Shown piece by piece: positions 10,640-19,012 of a stretch of DNA of 64,000 bases; the first letter of the stretch is position 1; each line of letters opens with the position of its first letter. The notes beneath the pieces were generated by a model. That model was given only the letters and a program-made list of their open reading frames with translations. It did not search any database and was not told the DNA's origin. Position numbers and translations under genes: made by a program. The DNA comes from an uncultured Nitrososphaerota archaeon (GTDB lineage: Archaea > Thermoproteota > Nitrososphaeria > Conexivisphaerales > DTJL01), in contig CAWJIE010000002.1 of the NCBI GenBank assembly GCA_963842885.1, positions 192,001 through 256,000 on the forward strand, written 5' to 3'.

Positions 10640-11678
10640 TTGATTTCAGGGATAAGGTTCGAGAAGGAGGTCACCGAGGCCAGGCTCCTGGACCCGACAA
10701 AGGGTTTCAGTGAAACCGTCCAGACGATAGAGCGCCGGAAGGACCCCCTTCTGGAGAGGTGGTGCAGGATCAACGCGCAGCGGGCCAACAGGCCGAAGGA
10801 CCTCTCCAGGGACTCCTCGCTGGAGGAGCTGGCCAAGTCCACCGAGAAGGGCTGCTTCTTCTGCCCCGCCAACATCGAGTCCAGCACCCCGAAGTTCCCG
10901 CCTTCGCTGGCCCCTGAGGGCAGGATAAGGGTCGGCGCCTCAACCGTCTTCCCCAACCTGTTCCCGTTCGCCAGGCACCACGCCGTGGTGACCCTCTCCG
11001 AGACTCACTTACGTGCCTCTAGAGCGGATGGGGGAAGAGGTCGTTGGAGACGGGCTTCGCGCCTCTGTCGAGTACGCCAGGAGGCTTCACGCGCGGGACC
11101 CCGAATCGAAGTATCTCTCTGTGAACTGGAACTGCCTGCCCACGGCGGCGGCTTCCCTCATGCACCCGCACTTCCAAGTGGTGGCCGACGTCACCCCCAC
11201 GAGGTACGTCGGAGCCGCCCTGGCGGCGTCCCTCTCCTACTTCGGCAGGAACGGGTCGAGCTTCTGGTCCGACCTCCGCGCCGCGGAGGAGGCCGGAGGC
11301 GAGAGGTTCGCATCCAGGGACGGAGCGTTCAGCTGGGTCGCGAGCTTCGCACCAATGGGGAACAACGAAGTGTTGGGCATTGCGGATGGGGCTTCAGAGC
11401 TGCTGGGCTTGGACGAGTCCGGCATGGGGGACCTGGCAAGGGGGCTGTCGAAGGCCCTCCAGGTCTACGGCCGCCTCGGCGTGCAGGGCCTCAACATGGC
11501 CGTGTACTCGGGGCCGTTGGGCCAGGGGACCGGAGGCTTCTCGCTCCATGTCCGCCTCATTTCTAGGCCGAAGCTGAAGCAGCTCTACACCTCAGACGCG
11601 GGTTTCATGGAGAGGCTCCACGACGAGGTGGTCGTCGAGACGTGGCCGGAGGACGTGGCCAGAGAGCTCAGGGCCTAG
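10640..11678 (+). CDS. GalT-like (HIT-related) sugar-phosphate nucleotidyltransferase, frameshift near 11010
   Basis: CFFCP, FPNLFPF, AAASLMHPHFQ, SDAGFMERL. Confidence 0.8.
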
Positions 11679-11690
11679 AGCGACGCCGCT

Positions 11691-12932
11691 TCAGCGGTTG
11701 GCCCGCCGGTAAACCTTCAGTGTCTCCGCCGCCGCCCTGTCCCAGGTGAAGTACTCCTGCACCCGGCGGCGCCCGTTGGCGCCCCAGGCCTTCGCCTGTT
11801 CGGCATCCTTCAGGGCTTCGTCGACACCCCAGGCGATGTCGCCCGGGTCGGAGCCGTTGACGTGTATGCCGCACCTGTCAGGCCCATGGGGGATCACCTG
11901 CTCCACGAAGCCGACGACGCCCCTTGCGCCGGCGACCACGGGCTTGGCCATGGACATGGCTTCAAGCGTGACGATGCCGAAGGGCTCGTAGCTGGAGGGG
12001 AAGACGCAGAGGTCGGAGGCGGCATAGTGGAGGATCCTCAGCTCCTCGGCGACGAACTCAAGGCGGAGCTTCACGGAGCCGGAGAGGCCCAGGCCTTCCA
12101 CGAGGGAGATGACCTCCCTCTCGAGCTCGCCGCTGGCGAGGACGACCAGCTTGGTCTTGGGCTGGCGCTTGACGATGTCAGGCATGGCCTGAATCAGGGA
12201 GAGTATCCCCTTGACGGGGGAGAGCCTTCCCACGAACAGCAGCATCCTGTCGTCCGGGGCGATGCCGTATTTGGCCCGGAGGGCCTCGACTTCCCCGCTT
12301 CCGATCCTTGCGGGGTCGTAGACGGCGGGGTCGACGCCGTTCCAGACCACGTCGATCTTGTTCTTCGGCCAGCCGTGCCGGATGAGGTCCTCCTTCATGA
12401 CGTTGCTGACGGTGATTATCCGGTCGGCGGTCTGGGACGCCGCCTGCTCGATGTTGGACACGACGTCCGAACCCTGACCGTTGGTCCTCCCCCACTCGGT
12501 GGAATGGACATGGAAGACGGAGGGCAGCTTCGAGTTCTGCTGCACCGTGATGCCGGCCAGGGCGCTGAGCCAGTCGTGGTAGCAGATCATGTCGAACCTC
12601 GCCTTCTCCTTGGCGACCAGCTCATTGAGGAACTTCGAGGCGGAGAGCGTGTTGTAGACCGCGATGTCCGAGAAGAACCTGAGGCCCGAGCCCCAACGGT
12701 TGAGGCCGTCCGAGGCGATGAGGGACAGCCCCTTCGTCATGTCCATGATCTGGGGCCTGTGGACGTCCACTCCCTCGAGGACCTCCTTGGTGGGGAGGCC
12801 TCCCCTGTTCATCGTGAACACGGACACGTTGTGGCCCAGGTTCACCAGCTTGGGGGCCATGTTCTGCGCGTAGGTGCCCAGCCCTCCCACGAGGGATGGA
12901 GGATACTCCCAGACGAAGAAGCCTATTCTCAA
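11691..12932 (-). CDS. GT4 glycosyltransferase (putative alpha-glucan synthase)
   Basis: WEYPP..VGGLG, HDWL, HSTE, FVGRLSPVKG, YEPFGIVTLEAM. Confidence 0.92.
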   Translation of the reverse strand: MRIGFFVWEYPPSLVGGLGTYAQNMAPKLVNLGHNVSVFTMNRGGLPTKEVLEGVDVHRPQIMDMTKGLSLIASDGLNRWGSGLRFFSDIAVYNTLSASKFLNELVAKEKARFDMICYHDWLSALAGITVQQNSKLPSVFHVHSTEWGRTNGQGSDVVSNIEQAASQTADRIITVSNVMKEDLIRHGWPKNKIDVVWNGVDPAVYDPARIGSGEVEALRAKYGIAPDDRMLLFVGRLSPVKGILSLIQAMPDIVKRQPKTKLVVLASGELEREVISLVEGLGLSGSVKLRLEFVAEELRILHYAASDLCVFPSSYEPFGIVTLEAMSMAKPVVAGARGVVGFVEQVIPHGPDRCGIHVNGSDPGDIAWGVDEALKDAEQAKAWGANGRRRVQEYFTWDRAAAETLKVYRRANR

Positions 12933-12949
12933 CCAATCACCTTTGATTT

Positions 12950-14176
12950 CTATGGCAAAGCGCGGGACCTTTGAGGCGACGAAGGTTTCCAGGTGCCCGC
13001 GTCATACTCCTTCATTGTACGCCTGTATATACCTGTGGTCAGAGATGCGATGTTGGCCCAGCTATAGAGGGGGACCCTCTGGGCGGCCTTCGCCCGAAGG
13101 GACTCGGCGAATGGAGGCGAATAGAGGACCGTCGAGATGCCGTCGGCCAGGGAGGCCGGGTTGGGTTGGACGAAGTGCCCCGTCTCCCCGTTCTGGAGGA
13201 TCTCGCTGAGGCCTCCCGAGCCCAGGGTGACTATGGGGGTCCCAGCCGCCATGGCCTCCAGGGCGACGATGCCGAAGGGCTCGTAGAGCGAGGGTATGAC
13301 GCTGACGTCGGCCACCCGGAAGAGGCCTCTCAGCGTATCGGAGTCCAGGAAGCCCGTCACGTAGACGCTTTCCGACACGCCCAGCTCCCTGGCCCTGGCG
13401 ATGATGCTCTCCTTGAGGTAGCCTTCGCCTACCATCACGATCTTTGCGGGGCCCCTTCGGAGGACGTAGGGGGTCGCCTCCACCAGGAGGTTCACGCCCT
13501 TCTCGTGCACGAGCCTTCCGACGTAGAGGACCAGCTTCTCGTCCGGGCGGGCGAACCTGGCCCTGAGGGCGGCCCGGTCCAGCGGCGCCCGAAACGGCGT
13601 GGGGTCGATGCCGTTGGGAACGACGTCGATCTTCTCGCGGGCGACGCCGAGGGCCTCGGTCACTTCGCCCACCATGAAATTGCTGCAGCAGATTATCCTC
13701 CACGACTCCCCGGTCAGCCAGGACTCCTCGGAGCTAATCATCCTCTGGTAGTCGTCATAAATCCCGCCTCGGCGGCCCTTCTCGGTGGAATGGATGGTCG
13801 AAACCAGGGGGAGGCGGAACATGTGCTTTAGACCGATGGCCGCGTTGGCCACCAGCCAGTCGTGGGCGTGAATCACCCGGACCTTGCCGCCGGACGCGCG
13901 AATCACTTCGGCCGCGCGCCTCTGCAGGTTGACGTTCATCATGGAGACCCACGTCGCGAAGTTCGGGGTGGGATAGCTGTAGGAGTCCACCCGATCCACT
14001 TGGACCCCTCCTTCCGTTTCGTGTGCCTTCGTATCGGGGAAGTCGCAGGTCACGACGTGGACCCTGACGCCCAGCTTGGCCAGCTCCTTAGAGAGGTTGT
14101 AGACGTGGGGGGCTATCCCTCCCACGATCCGCGGCGGGTATTCCCATGTCAGCATTATGACTTCGTAACCCACCAC
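12950..14176 (-). CDS. GT4 glycosyltransferase (putative alpha-glucan synthase)
   Basis: WEYPPRIVGG, HAHDWL, YVGRLVHEKG, YEPFGIVALEAM; start trimmed to GTG 14176. Confidence 0.92.
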   Translation of the reverse strand: MVGYEVIMLTWEYPPRIVGGIAPHVYNLSKELAKLGVRVHVVTCDFPDTKAHETEGGVQVDRVDSYSYPTPNFATWVSMMNVNLQRRAAEVIRASGGKVRVIHAHDWLVANAAIGLKHMFRLPLVSTIHSTEKGRRGGIYDDYQRMISSEESWLTGESWRIICCSNFMVGEVTEALGVAREKIDVVPNGIDPTPFRAPLDRAALRARFARPDEKLVLYVGRLVHEKGVNLLVEATPYVLRRGPAKIVMVGEGYLKESIIARARELGVSESVYVTGFLDSDTLRGLFRVADVSVIPSLYEPFGIVALEAMAAGTPIVTLGSGGLSEILQNGETGHFVQPNPASLADGISTVLYSPPFAESLRAKAAQRVPLYSWANIASLTTGIYRRTMKEYDAGTWKPSSPQRSRALP

Positions 14177-14178
14177 CT

Positions 14179-14817
14179 TTAAGCCCCCCTCTTGGCGACC
14201 TTGGCGTCGCCATATGCCCTCAGGGTGTCGTCGAGCCAGGAAGACGAGCCCGCGTCCAGGAGCCTGATCTTGGAGGGAGGGACCTTGTGAATGGCTGCCG
14301 CCTGGGACTTCACGCGAGCCGAAGCGGCCAATATGACGCTCGATTCGTAGAGGCCCAGCCATTCGAGCCCCGTTATGCAGGAGCTTAAGGGAGATGAGAT
14401 GTCCTGAGACCTCTGTTCTTCCAGGCTGTGGACGGTGAAGACGAAGGGGAGACCCAGGGACTTCTTCAGGCCAACGGCCGCCGAGACGAAGTGCCAGTCA
14501 TGGACGTCCAAGAGGTCAACCCGGGTGCCTGGGCCGTAGTAGAGGTCGGCCGCTACCCTCTGGGCTTCTGAGCATAGCGAAAGGGACCATGTCACCGCGT
14601 TCAGGTGAGGGTCCACCGGGTTCTGCATCCAGTGGAGCTGAAGATTCGGGGAGACCGCCTCAGAAGCCGGGCCGGCCCCGTGGAAGGAGACGACGTGGAC
14701 CTCTCCCTCCCTCCTGGACAGCCCCTGCGCCAGCCTCTCGACATAGTAGGCAAGGTCACCCATGACTCGCGGAGGGTACTCCCAGGTGAGGATGGTAGGG
14801 TGATGCTGTGAAGTCAA
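14179..14817 (-). CDS. GT4 N-terminal-domain-only protein
   Basis: TWEYPPRVMG, VHDWH, TVHSLE; no GRL..KG or EPFG motifs. Confidence 0.8.
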   Translation of the reverse strand: MTSQHHPTILTWEYPPRVMGDLAYYVERLAQGLSRREGEVHVVSFHGAGPASEAVSPNLQLHWMQNPVDPHLNAVTWSLSLCSEAQRVAADLYYGPGTRVDLLDVHDWHFVSAAVGLKKSLGLPFVFTVHSLEEQRSQDISSPLSSCITGLEWLGLYESSVILAASARVKSQAAAIHKVPPSKIRLLDAGSSSWLDDTLRAYGDAKVAKRGA

Positions 14818-14823
14818 GATGCA

Positions 14824-15078
14824 TCAAGTGAACAAGGACGAAACCCTGATGATCCCCCGACCGGTGAGGAAGTACTTCTTAACGCCCCCCTCGTCCACGA
14901 CGTCACCAAGGTAGCCCGCGGCAGTGTGGTCGGCAATCAGCTGGGGGATGTCCTCCGCTGGGATGCCAGTCAGCCTGGCCAACTCGTCGACGCTCTTCCC
15001 GGACTTGCCCATGATGGCGCCGGCGTTGTGCATCGCCAAGAGGAGCTTCTGTTGGGGCGACAGCTCGGAATCGTTCAA
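14824..15078 (-). CDS. Small winged-HTH protein
   Basis: KSVDELARLTGIPAEDIPQLI...GYL...KKYFLTGRG; first gene of the GT4 run. Confidence 0.7.
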   Translation of the reverse strand: MNDSELSPQQKLLLAMHNAGAIMGKSGKSVDELARLTGIPAEDIPQLIADHTAAGYLGDVVDEGGVKKYFLTGRGIIRVSSLFT

Positions 15079-15154
15079 GTCGTCGCGGGTACGATTTGCG
15101 CTCTAATATCCGTTCCCTAGGAGGGAGCCCCCTCTCAGGCCGGAGGGGGCGGCG

Positions 15155-15421
15155 GTGATACCGGGGTTCACCTCCGGGCCATGCCAGCCCCTCCTGATAG
15201 TGGTCATGGGGGCCTACGACGACCAGGAGAAGCTCATCCTCCAGACGATCGAATACGTCTCCGCCCGCTGCCGGGGGGCGACGAAGTACGTCGTCTTCTA
15301 CGCCATCTCTTGGAACGGGATGGCCTGGGCGGAGCACAGGGACTCGTTCAGGGCCTCGAAGGCAGTCCCCATCCTGAAGTTGTTGGGGTCCGAGCCGGTG
15401 ATACTGAATCCTATGTACTGA
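15155..15421 (+). CDS. Hypothetical protein (88 aa)
   Basis: Coding-like GC3 and protein-like composition (GPCQPLLIVVMG...CRGATKYVVF...W...W..H); start uncertain. Confidence 0.55.
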   Translation: MIPGFTSGPCQPLLIVVMGAYDDQEKLILQTIEYVSARCRGATKYVVFYAISWNGMAWAEHRDSFRASKAVPILKLLGSEPVILNPMY

Positions 15422-15587
15422 TCGCCACTGGACGGTATTCATCCTGCTTCGGTCGAACTCGCGCTGAGATTGGCCTTGACATCGGGCTACGGCCCGTCCC
15501 CTGATTGATCCCGATGGTAACACCGTAATCTGACTCGTCAGATCTTCGGCCCAGTCGGCTTCTCCAGAGCATTGGCGCCGCCATGAC

Positions 15588-15616
15588 GGTCGGGGAACGT
15601 CGGCCGTTCCCCGACC
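15588..15616. repeat. Perfect 12-bp inverted repeat with 5-nt spacer
   Basis: GGTCGGGGAACG-TCGGC-CGTTCCCCGACC. Confidence 0.85.
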
Positions 15617-15751
15617 CTTGCCCACCGCTCTGTGATCGTCCGTCGCCTGATGACCGAGGGTCGCATTCTTCTGTCCGTCGTCAGCTTGACTTCAGGCCTC
15701 CTGCAGGCTCCAGGTAGGCGCATGTCTGGAAAAGACGTCGGTGGGCCATGG

Positions 15752-15859
15752 GAACGGGGGGAACGCGCGAGAACGACAGGGAATGGGGCAGAACGGAGGG
15801 GGAACGCCTAGAGAACGATGAGGGAACGGGGCGGGAAAAGTGGGGAACGCAAGGGAACG
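15752..15859 (+). repeat. Helically phased GAACG direct-repeat array (11 units)
   Basis: Motif starts at 15752, 15761, 15771, 15781 (GAATG), 15791, 15802, 15813, 15824, 15835 (GAAAA), 15845, 15855. Confidence 0.85.
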
Positions 15860-16129
15860 GCGTAATGCCTTCCCACCGTCGGTCATGGCTCGACAGGTCC
15901 TTGTTTCGAGATGGGTCCTCGCCGCGTGACTGCAGCAACAAAAGTCTAGGATTTGTCCCTTTCTGGTTTGCCGAATTGCTCGACCCGGTTAACATCCAGA
16001 CCGTGGTGAATGAGTATCGCAACCGCCCGCGACAACGTCCTAAACGAATGGAAGAAGGGCGCCGCGACGAGGGGCTAAGTAGAAAAGGGTCTTCACAGCC
16101 TATAGGGAGAAGCACCAAGGCGTTTGACC

Positions 16130-16537
16130 ATGAAAGCTGGCTCCTGGAGGCTCGTGGCGTTCCTCGTAGCCCTCCCTGGGCTCCTTTCCTCCGCCTATCT
16201 GGCCTACCACGCCGCGTTCCCCCAGAGCCTCCTGTACTGCCCGACTGCGGGACCGCTCGACTGCAACCAGGTGACGTCGAGCCCGTATTCCGTGTTGTTC
16301 GGGGTCAGCGTCGCCTACCTCGGCCTCGTCTGGTTCGTGGTCATGCTCTCGTTGATCGCCCTGCGGAGGACGGGCTCTCTCTTCACCCTGTGGGCGCTAG
16401 GCATCGTCTTCGTAGCCTATCTAGTGGGCGCCGAGATCTTCCTGATCCATTCGGTCTGCGTGTACTGCACCGTTGCCCATGCCTCTGCCATGCTTCTGGG
16501 GCTGCCGGTAATCAGGCTCCCAGACGCCGATGGCTGA
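16130..16537 (+). CDS. Vitamin K epoxide reductase (VKOR) family protein
   Basis: Loop Cys pair YCPTAGPLDCNQVTSSPYS, CVYC motif, four TM helices. Confidence 0.9.
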   Translation: MKAGSWRLVAFLVALPGLLSSAYLAYHAAFPQSLLYCPTAGPLDCNQVTSSPYSVLFGVSVAYLGLVWFVVMLSLIALRRTGSLFTLWALGIVFVAYLVGAEIFLIHSVCVYCTVAHASAMLLGLPVIRLPDADG

Positions 16538-17298
16538 ATCTGGGCGCAGACGTTCCCCGGGTTGCCTTGGGTGACGTTGCACAGGGCTGAGGTTATCCCG
16601 TCGGCAGCCGCCATAATCGTCTTGCTCAGGGCATCGTCGCTGACAATCGACTGGATGACTTGCTGCTGGCTCATCCCTGCCAAGAGCGAAGCGTTGAACT
16701 GGGTCCCCTTCACGACATAGATGTTGCCGATGTCCAAGAAGGGGACCGTGCCGAACGAAGGAGGGCCCTTCCAGAGGGCCGTGTAGTTGTCCGGGACGCT
16801 CATGAGGGGCTTGCCGTTGCGGTCTTCATACTCGTATGCCTGGAGGGAGATGTACCGGCTGCTGTAGGAGTAGTTCGCAAATGAGAACGACGGGGTGTTG
16901 GGAAGCTCGATGTTGGAGCTCGAATACGTGTATGAGAGAGAGGAGAAGCTGCCGAACCGCATCAGCGCGATGACGAGTGCCCACCTTTCAGCCGCGCAGT
17001 AGGGACAGAAGTCTCCGCTGACGAAGAGGACCACCGTCTTGCCTCCGTCGCTCAGCGAGGTCCCGGAGAAGGGCTGGATGTCCTGCGTTGACGGCGCGCC
17101 GTACCTCGAGTTGGCGACCTGGCTCAACTGGTTCAGGACAGCTGAGGGGACGGACGACGTCTCGCCCACCGTGCCTCCTCCGCTGAGGGAGAGGACGTAG
17201 GCACCGACGACGATCACTGTGGCCACGACGGCAAGGATCGTGATCGTGGCCGTCTTCCCCTGTTTCTTGTCCTTCCTGCGGCTCTTCGACTTCGGCAT
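16417..17298 (-). CDS. DUF929 family membrane-anchored thioredoxin-fold protein
   Basis: Basic N-terminus plus TM anchor, FCPYCAAERWALVIALMRFG, VPFLDIGN, C-terminal Cys pair; ATG 17298. Confidence 0.85.
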   Translation of the reverse strand: MPKSKSRRKDKKQGKTATITILAVVATVIVVGAYVLSLSGGGTVGETSSVPSAVLNQLSQVANSRYGAPSTQDIQPFSGTSLSDGGKTVVLFVSGDFCPYCAAERWALVIALMRFGSFSSLSYTYSSSNIELPNTPSFSFANYSYSSRYISLQAYEYEDRNGKPLMSVPDNYTALWKGPPSFGTVPFLDIGNIYVVKGTQFNASLLAGMSQQQVIQSIVSDDALSKTIMAAADGITSALCNVTQGNPGNVCAQIQPSASGSLITGSPRSMAEAWATVQYTQTEWIRKISAPTR

Positions 17299-17457
17299 GA
17301 GGGTATCGTCTGGCCAAAGCAAAGCTGAATGAAGCCAGATATTAGCGTTGCCATGACAGGACGGAGAGGTCCGCCTTCGGACTGGGACAATCGCCCAACT
17401 CCGCCCCAAAATGCCTTTAACGCTGGACGGATGAGGGGTGAGTGAGAGAGATAGCTG

Positions 17458-18123
17458 ATGCCCTACTGTAGCAAATGTGGCGCGTTAAACGCTGACGATT
17501 CGAGGTTCTGCGCCAGCTGTGGAACGCCCACATCGATGGCCTCCTCTTCCGCCGACCAGTTCGGCCAGCGGGTTTCGGAGGGCGCCCAAGACTTCGCAAA
17601 AAGGATGCAGCAAGAAGCGGAAAGGGTTTCCGAGACGGTGCGCCGGGAGACGGACTCTCGCTTCGGCCGCATGCCGCCCGAGGTCTACCAGAACGAGTCC
17701 CTCATCGGGGCCATCTCGGCAGGGGCCGTCTTAGTCATAATCGCGTTGACCTTCCTCAGGTTCCCGAACGTCTTCAACGTCCTTGGCGACTACTTCAGGA
17801 GCATGGGCGAACTGGGGGCTTTCATCAGGCCTCCCCGGGTCATCCTAGAAGCTGCCTCGTTCTTCTTCGCGTCGGTCGGCCTGTGGACGTTCGTCATGGC
17901 GGTGCTGCGACTTCTGGTCCAGAGGAGCGCGCGAAGAGCGCTCAACGACGTCGTCGGCGGCCTGTTCAGCCTCTACGTGGCGTTCGTTGTGTCGGCATAC
18001 GCGGCCCTCCGCATCGGCGGGGTGGGGGTGCTTGCCCTCGTCGTGGTGGGCTTGGGAGCCCTGGTCATCGTCCATGGCATCATCGCCATGGCCCTACCCT
18101 GGAGTCGTCAGTCCATCGGCTGA
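17458..18123 (+). CDS. Zinc-ribbon domain membrane protein
   Basis: CSKCG...FCASCG followed by about 4 TM helices. Confidence 0.8.
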   Translation: MPYCSKCGALNADDSRFCASCGTPTSMASSSADQFGQRVSEGAQDFAKRMQQEAERVSETVRRETDSRFGRMPPEVYQNESLIGAISAGAVLVIIALTFLRFPNVFNVLGDYFRSMGELGAFIRPPRVILEAASFFFASVGLWTFVMAVLRLLVQRSARRALNDVVGGLFSLYVAFVVSAYAALRIGGVGVLALVVVGLGALVIVHGIIAMALPWSRQSIG

Positions 18124-18170
18124 AGGCAGCTTGATCGGTGGCCCGGGGGCAGACGGAGGCCATCCTAGCT

Positions 18171-18626
18171 TCAGATGCTCTTGCGGCTAACCCAGAGCAG
18201 CCAGGCGCAGACCAGAAAGAGGACCCAGGAGGGCCCGACCAGCCCTGCCGCGTAGACTAGGCCGAACACGTAGAGGACGGAGGTCATGGCCAGCCCGAGT
18301 CCGATTGTTATGGCAGAGGCCACCTTCAGCCAGGTGCCGCCGTTCCCCAAATGCATCTCGTACCCTATGTAGAGTCCTGCGACCCCGACGACCACATATG
18401 GAATCAGGAGGAGGAGGACGTGCTGGACCAGATAGCTGGAGCCGAGGGTGAGGAGGACGTAGAGGGAGGAGGCAATGTGAAGGATTGCCAGGGCTTCGAC
18501 ATAGTCGGTGAGCCTTGTCGCCCTCAGCTCGACACCGCAGTTGCCGCAAAACTTAATGCCAGCGTCGTTCATGAAACCGCACTTCGGGCATCGTACGGGC
18601 ACTTTATCCATCTCAGCCTGAGACAC
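18171..18626 (-). CDS. Zinc-ribbon domain membrane protein
   Basis: CPKCG...FCGNCG followed by about 4 TM helices. Confidence 0.8.
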   Translation of the reverse strand: MSQAEMDKVPVRCPKCGFMNDAGIKFCGNCGVELRATRLTDYVEALAILHIASSLYVLLTLGSSYLVQHVLLLLIPYVVVGVAGLYIGYEMHLGNGGTWLKVASAITIGLGLAMTSVLYVFGLVYAAGLVGPSWVLFLVCAWLLWVSRKSI

Positions 18627-19012
18627 GTCTGAACCGGTCGCTGGTACGATGTAATAAATCTCGCGACGGCGGCAGGCCCAGCTATCCCTGCATCTCTGCT
18701 TCGATGGCGCGCAAGTCCACGCAACTAGCGTCCTGTTTCATTTTGAGAGACCTTCCGTGCTTGAAAACCCCCTTCAATGAGGAGAAGGCGACGCCGGGCA
18801 GCACCAACGCGGACCCCGCCAGCGTAAGGAGCACTGAAAGCGGCCTTCTCTCGGTCCCATGGACGTAAGTCGCCATGTGCATGGAGACGGCCGCGGCCGG
18901 AGGCATCCCCAGCGCCAGCACGGAGCTCCAGGAGACGGTGGGGAAGACCTCTCTCAATTGCAGGGAGATACTGTGCCGTATTATCCGCACTTGGTCGCGG
19001 TGGGCCTTTACC

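Noticed and set aside
15752-15859. CRISPR array or peptide-repeat reading of the GAACG array (ORF 15748..16590)
   Set aside because: Units are 9-11 bp, far too short for CRISPR, and no cas genes are present; the period is not a multiple of 3 and the ORF overlaps VKOR out of frame
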